DNA of 64,000 bases, taken from assembly GCA_963777605.1 (NCBI GenBank), contig CAVZRV010000010.1, positions 32,001-96,000 on the forward strand, given 5' to 3'. The position numbers and the translations under genes were made by a program. The notes beneath the pieces are model-generated. The model did not search any database, was not told where the DNA came from, and saw nothing but the letters and a program-made list of their open reading frames with translations. Shown here piece after piece: positions 59,932 through 64,000 of the stretch. How positions within the stretch are numbered: the stretch's first letter is position 1; each line of letters begins with the position of its first letter. Source of the DNA: an uncultured Acidobacteriota bacterium. Lineage in GTDB: Bacteria; Acidobacteriota; UBA6911; RPQK01; JAPXNP01.

Positions 59932-60912
59932 TCAGGTTGGCTCCGCGGGTGTGATCAGGTCCGTGAATGACCTTTCGCCTCTGACGCGGGCTGCCGCCAT
60001 CATGACGGCTCCTTCTTCCGCCCTTCCGGCAGGCTCGATCACCTCGGCTTCCGGCATCTGCCTGGCCATTTCGGCTATGAAAGCCTTCCGCAGGTTCTGC
60101 CCGCGGAACACTCCACCCGCGGTCGTGACCAGCATCCGAGTTCCACTGAAATCCAGTTTCCGGGCCGTCGCAACTCCCATTTCTGCCAGCGCGGCTGCTG
60201 AATTGTTGATCAACCGCAGGGCCACCGAGTCGCCTTCATCAGCGGCATCCAGGACAAGAGGATACAAAGCTGCGACCCGGCCCGGGCTCAACGGGTTGGC
60301 ATAGAGGAGGGGAATCAGATCCTCGGTACTCTTCAGTTCAAGCACCTCGCCGATCTTTCGACGAATTACGGTTGTTTCCCCTCTCCCATCGTACTCGCGC
60401 AAAGCGGCTATCATCCCTCGGCGCGCAATGTCGTACCCGCTGCCCTCATCTCCAAGGATGAAGCCCCATCCCCCGGACCGGGCCCTCCTTCCAGCCGGAT
60501 CGATTCCAAAGGCCACCGAACCGGTTCCTGAGGCGACAATCACTCCCGCTCGACCCCCGGTTCCCCCGACGAGGGCGATCACCCCATCCGTTTCGAGGAT
60601 CAACTCAGGAACAATGAGAATTCGCTGCAGGGTCGCACGCATCGTCTCGTGGTCACGGGGGCGTGACACTCCGGCCAGCCCGGCACAAAGACAGGCGATG
60701 TCCCCGCGGTCGGCCCCTGCCGATTCGAGAGCCCCCAGGATTGCGTCTTCAATCGACTTTCGCGCCCGGTCCAGTCCCTCGGAAAGGTAGTTGGACGGCC
60801 CCCCCAGTCCGCGTCCCAGCGGCTTTCCGTCGAGGTTCGCCACCAGACAGACCGTCTTGGTTCCGCCACCGTCCAGCCCTATGACCAAACGCCGCTCTCG
60901 TTCCAGGACCAT
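59932..60912 (-). CDS. BadF/BadG/BcrA/BcrD (ASKHA) kinase, N-acetylglucosamine/MurNAc kinase-like
   Basis: GLDGGGTKT, AG, SGTGS, GGWG..LGDEGSG, GG. Confidence 0.88.
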   Translation of the reverse strand: MVLERERRLVIGLDGGGTKTVCLVANLDGKPLGRGLGGPSNYLSEGLDRARKSIEDAILGALESAGADRGDIACLCAGLAGVSRPRDHETMRATLQRILIVPELILETDGVIALVGGTGGRAGVIVASGTGSVAFGIDPAGRRARSGGWGFILGDEGSGYDIARRGMIAALREYDGRGETTVIRRKIGEVLELKSTEDLIPLLYANPLSPGRVAALYPLVLDAADEGDSVALRLINNSAAALAEMGVATARKLDFSGTRMLVTTAGGVFRGQNLRKAFIAEMARQMPEAEVIEPAGRAEEGAVMMAAARVRGERSFTDLITPAEPT

Positions 60913-60914
60913 AT

Positions 60915-61274
60915 TCAATGCACGCGCCGCCGGGGAATTGTGTCCTCCGGTTCAAAACCGTGTGAAAGCACAAAGATGTACGCCGGGTATTGCTCTGCAG
61001 GGGTCTCGGCTATGACTTCGAAAACGTACTCTCCCTCGACTTCCTGGGGGACTTCCTGGACGTAGGTGCCTCGCTCGGGTTCGACGAACAACTCGCCGAT
61101 CACCCGTTTACCCCGCATAACCTGGACCACGAGAGTTCCCTCGAGCTCTCCGAAATGCCAGTGAAAGTCTTCCTCGTCATAGAAGACCATTTCGGGTGTT
61201 CCGACCCTGAGAATGCAGTTCGGATGTGCAACCAACCAGGCCCAGAACTCCGTGAATCCGAATGTGACCGACAT
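60915..61274 (-). CDS. hypothetical protein
   Basis: Compact globular-looking ORF (FTEFWAWL..HPNCILRVGT..DEEDFHW), tightly packed in an operon. Confidence 0.75.
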   Translation of the reverse strand: MSVTFGFTEFWAWLVAHPNCILRVGTPEMVFYDEEDFHWHFGELEGTLVVQVMRGKRVIGELFVEPERGTYVQEVPQEVEGEYVFEVIAETPAEQYPAYIFVLSHGFEPEDTIPRRRVH

Positions 61275-61289
61275 CGAGTGGCTGCCCCC

Positions 61290-61778
61290 TCAGACTCTGG
61301 CCTGAACGATTTGCTCGATCAGGGCCTCCTGCACTCCGCTTTCAGGTCCGGCCTCGGCATCGGTCACACGAACCGACGCTTCCAGAACGTCCAACCCGAT
61401 CCCGATGAGAACACCGATCCCAAAGGTACCTGTTCTCCCAATTCCGCCAAGGCAGTGAACGAGCAGGTTCTCTCCCGCCCTGAGTGCTCGAACCGAGTCC
61501 TCGATAGCGCTGAGAACACTCTGAAGATTTCCCATTGCTGCGCCGTCGTTCATGGCGAGGGCAACTTGTTTCCAGGACAGGTTTCCGTTGTTGATCTCTT
61601 CGAAATAGTCTGGCGAGCCCGATTTTAATTCCTCAGCCGTGGCCAGACAGACAACCGTGCCGATCCCATGCTTCACAATCTCAGCACGATCCAGCTCAAA
61701 GGAACCATCCCGCCCGGGAAGATCCGACAGGAAAAGCCCGCCGGGAACCTCGGGAAGGTCGACCTTTCGAATTTGCAT
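61290..61778 (-). CDS. Cys-based (dual-specificity/CDKN3-like) phosphatase
   Basis: VHCLGGIGRTG CX5R motif; PG near the N-terminus; E..VQ. Confidence 0.88.
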   Translation of the reverse strand: MQIRKVDLPEVPGGLFLSDLPGRDGSFELDRAEIVKHGIGTVVCLATAEELKSGSPDYFEEINNGNLSWKQVALAMNDGAAMGNLQSVLSAIEDSVRALRAGENLLVHCLGGIGRTGTFGIGVLIGIGLDVLEASVRVTDAEAGPESGVQEALIEQIVQARV

Positions 61779-61946
61779 TGCGACACAGTAACAGATCTGC
61801 GAACCCCGGCAAACTTCCGCTCGTGATCGACTCGAATAATGTCGCAGAAGGCCAGCAATTAAAGCAGAAGGGAGCCAACCCGTGAACTTCGAAGAAGCTC
61901 AGGTGGTGATTCGCGCCTACGGTGACACCCTCAGGCGATCTGCCCC

Positions 61947-62486
61947 TTAATCCGAAGCGGCCTCTCCCGCCGGCTCGGGCTCATGTGCCGGCTGCAGCAT
62001 GGACTGGTAATCACCGCTTGAAAGCACCGGGAGATCAGCAACAAAGGCGACGATCTCCCAGAGTTCGGCATCGTCGTGAGTCTTGCCGAACGACGGCATT
62101 CCGGTCATCTTGATTCCATTCTTGGCGACCCAGAATATCTCTGCAGGGCTCATCTTGCGTGCCGACTCGATGAGGTTCGGGGGTTGCGGGTAAAGGCCCT
62201 TTCCAATTGCGGAGGCCTCCCTACCCGGTCCACCGTGGCAGGTTTCACACATTTCGTGATATTCTTGCGCGCCTTCCCGGATCATAGCCTTGTCACTCAA
62301 AGCAGGTACTTTCACCTGCGCCGAGTGGGCCTCGACGGAGTGGTCCATCGTCCCATCGAGAACCCATTTCACGACACCCCAGTGCGGAACCGTGGCCGCC
62401 ACGTCATACCCGCCAAAAAAGAGATAGAGGCCTGTTCCCAGTCCAATCACGCCCACCGTCAACAAAGTCAAAATAATGGTCTTCAT
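61947..62486 (-). CDS. membrane-anchored monoheme cytochrome c
   Basis: N-terminal TM; CETCHG; LYPQPPNL; NGIKMTGMP. Confidence 0.9.
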   Translation of the reverse strand: MKTIILTLLTVGVIGLGTGLYLFFGGYDVAATVPHWGVVKWVLDGTMDHSVEAHSAQVKVPALSDKAMIREGAQEYHEMCETCHGGPGREASAIGKGLYPQPPNLIESARKMSPAEIFWVAKNGIKMTGMPSFGKTHDDAELWEIVAFVADLPVLSSGDYQSMLQPAHEPEPAGEAASD

Positions 62487-62851
62487 TGCGCCCTTCCTTG
62501 TCTCCTGCCTGAGCTATGCGGTGAGGCCTGGGATTGCGCCCTCATGGGACAGTTCCGCATGTTGTCGCCACCCTTCTTCTGACGCTTACTCCTTGATTCC
62601 AGTTGCTATGGTTAATGTACGTCTGCCAGGAGTTGACTGCAAGATCCCTTCCACTTTCCTGGAATCGCGACGAAGAATCCCGTCACTCCCGTAGCTACCG
62701 TTGTTTGACGAAACCTCTAGAGGCACTCAATATCAGTGCCAAAGTATTCACGCTGCGGTCTGGGGCACAAATCTGTCTCAGTCTGACGTGAGATTTCGGC
62801 ACGATTGGTCGCACCCGACGTGGCAGGGACAAGTTCGGAGAGCTGCCCGAC

Positions 62852-64000
62852 TTAGGGTTCGGGACGTAGCAGTCCCCCGGTCCTGGAGAGCGACAGCAGG
62901 CAGAAACAGGTTCCGCTGTAGGTGATCAGGTGGAGATTCTCGGTATTCAGGGATGAAGTCCACCAACGTCCGCTGGCCCGTTGATTCTTCTCAATCCACT
63001 GCCTTGCCCGTTGGATCCTCTCGTCTTCGACAGGAATTCCGGACTCAACAAGCGCTATGACCGCGAGACCGGTCATGTGGCCGTCACTCGCGGGCAAGTA
63101 GAAGTCCGGCTCCGAGACGAGCCGGTCCCTTCTGCTCCCGTCGCCCCAGCCATCAGCGGTGCCAAATTCCCGGAGCGACCACCCCCCGTCGGAGTGCTGC
63201 CGGTCAAAGATCATTCGGGATATCTCTCGTCGCGCTCCAGCCTCCAGAACACCGCCCAGTAGCGAATCGGCCCAGAGCAGCCAGACACGATCATAATCGA
63301 GAGTTCGGGGAACCGTTCGAAGGAACCCGATTAAACGATTGACTCCTTCTTTTCGAGCATCCGACCCTCCATCGAGTCCCGACGCCGAGGCCAACCCGGC
63401 CGCCATTGCTGCAACCGACGCCAACTGAACCCGGCTCGACTGCAACGGAGGCCAGCACCGGGGAAGTGACCATCCTCCATCCGCGTCCTGGAGTCGAAAC
63501 ATCAAATCGTTGGCCCGCACAGTTTCAGGAGAGCAGCCGTTTCCCACAAATCGGTCCCACGCGGAGAGGCCCGCGGCAAGGTAGATCACCTGGGCCGAAC
63601 GATGGCCCGACTTCAGTGCGACTTCCAGGCGGCGGCTCTCCAGTTCCTCCAGTGACGCTACCGCCAGGTCACGGCGCGACTGCGTCGGCGGTCCCAGGCT
63701 CGTCAGCATAGGACGAACCAGGAAATACACTCCGGAGGTGTGACATCCAACGCACCGGTACTGTTGATCCCAGGCGTCGAAGCCGGCCTCGAGGTAGTCA
63801 GCCGCGGCCTTCAAGTCAAACTGGTTCAGTCGTCGCTCGAAGCGGTAAGCTCCTGGAATCTTGATTCCGTTGCTCTCAAACTGGAAAGGACTCGCCGGCC
63901 CGTAGGCAAGCCTGTTTTCGGCCTCGCCAGCCGCCTGGCTGCTCTCGAAGCCGCTCCCAGATTCCGACCGGCCCAGGTAAAGGAGCACACCGAGGCCGAC
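62852..64000 (-). CDS. squalene-hopene-cyclase/prenyltransferase-like alpha/alpha-barrel protein with CxxCH (5' end outside the window)
   Basis: QW-type repeats QDADGGW, QHSDGGW, QRASGRW; CVGCHT; frame stays open to 64000 (VGLGVLLYL). Confidence 0.72.
   Translation of the reverse strand, partial: VGLGVLLYLGRSESGSGFESSQAAGEAENRLAYGPASPFQFESNGIKIPGAYRFERRLNQFDLKAAADYLEAGFDAWDQQYRCVGCHTSGVYFLVRPMLTSLGPPTQSRRDLAVASLEELESRRLEVALKSGHRSAQVIYLAAGLSAWDRFVGNGCSPETVRANDLMFRLQDADGGWSLPRCWPPLQSSRVQLASVAAMAAGLASASGLDGGSDARKEGVNRLIGFLRTVPRTLDYDRVWLLWADSLLGGVLEAGARREISRMIFDRQHSDGGWSLREFGTADGWGDGSRRDRLVSEPDFYLPASDGHMTGLAVIALVESGIPVEDERIQRARQWIEKNQRASGRWWTSSLNTENLHLITYSGTCFCLLSLSRTGGLLRPEP

Noticed and set aside
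62483-62560. 25-codon minus-strand uORF overlapping the cytochrome c start
   Set aside because: No amino-acid bias or other support; the cytochrome gene has its own SD-like sequence

Overview
GC-rich bacterial chromosomal segment, probably Acidobacteriota (inferred from the Pal with an N-terminal Ig-like insert and the overall gene repertoire). Most of it is core genome: an ArnT-like glycosyltransferase, mutS, tsaB-rimI-MFS-htrA, ssb, a complete tolQRAB-pal-cpoB operon, recN-miaB-DUF151, a clustered nitrogen cascade (glnA-glnE facing glnD-glnB), cimA, uppP and guaA-dnaE-accA-Mut7C-aspS-mutL. No tRNA, rRNA, CRISPR array or transposase was recognised. Five features stand out. (1) A candidate trans-envelope signalling module at 32-39 kb: CHASE2 histidine kinase, sigma54 activator, tandem enhancer-like palindromes and a sigma54 promoter, a secreted 5x DUF5666 protein, and a FecR domain fused to an outer-membrane beta-barrel. 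(2) An unannotated Ile-rich leader peptide with mutually exclusive helices and an anti-SD sequence upstream of citramalate synthase. (3) A canonical-looking XerCD dif site at 16924-16951, suggesting the replication terminus lies here. (4) A beta-PGM/trehalose-phosphatase/GH65 triple fusion. (5) Repeated -10 hexamers only 6-11 nt upstream of start codons that lack a usable SD. All calls come from reading motifs by eye; no database searches or folding programs were run.
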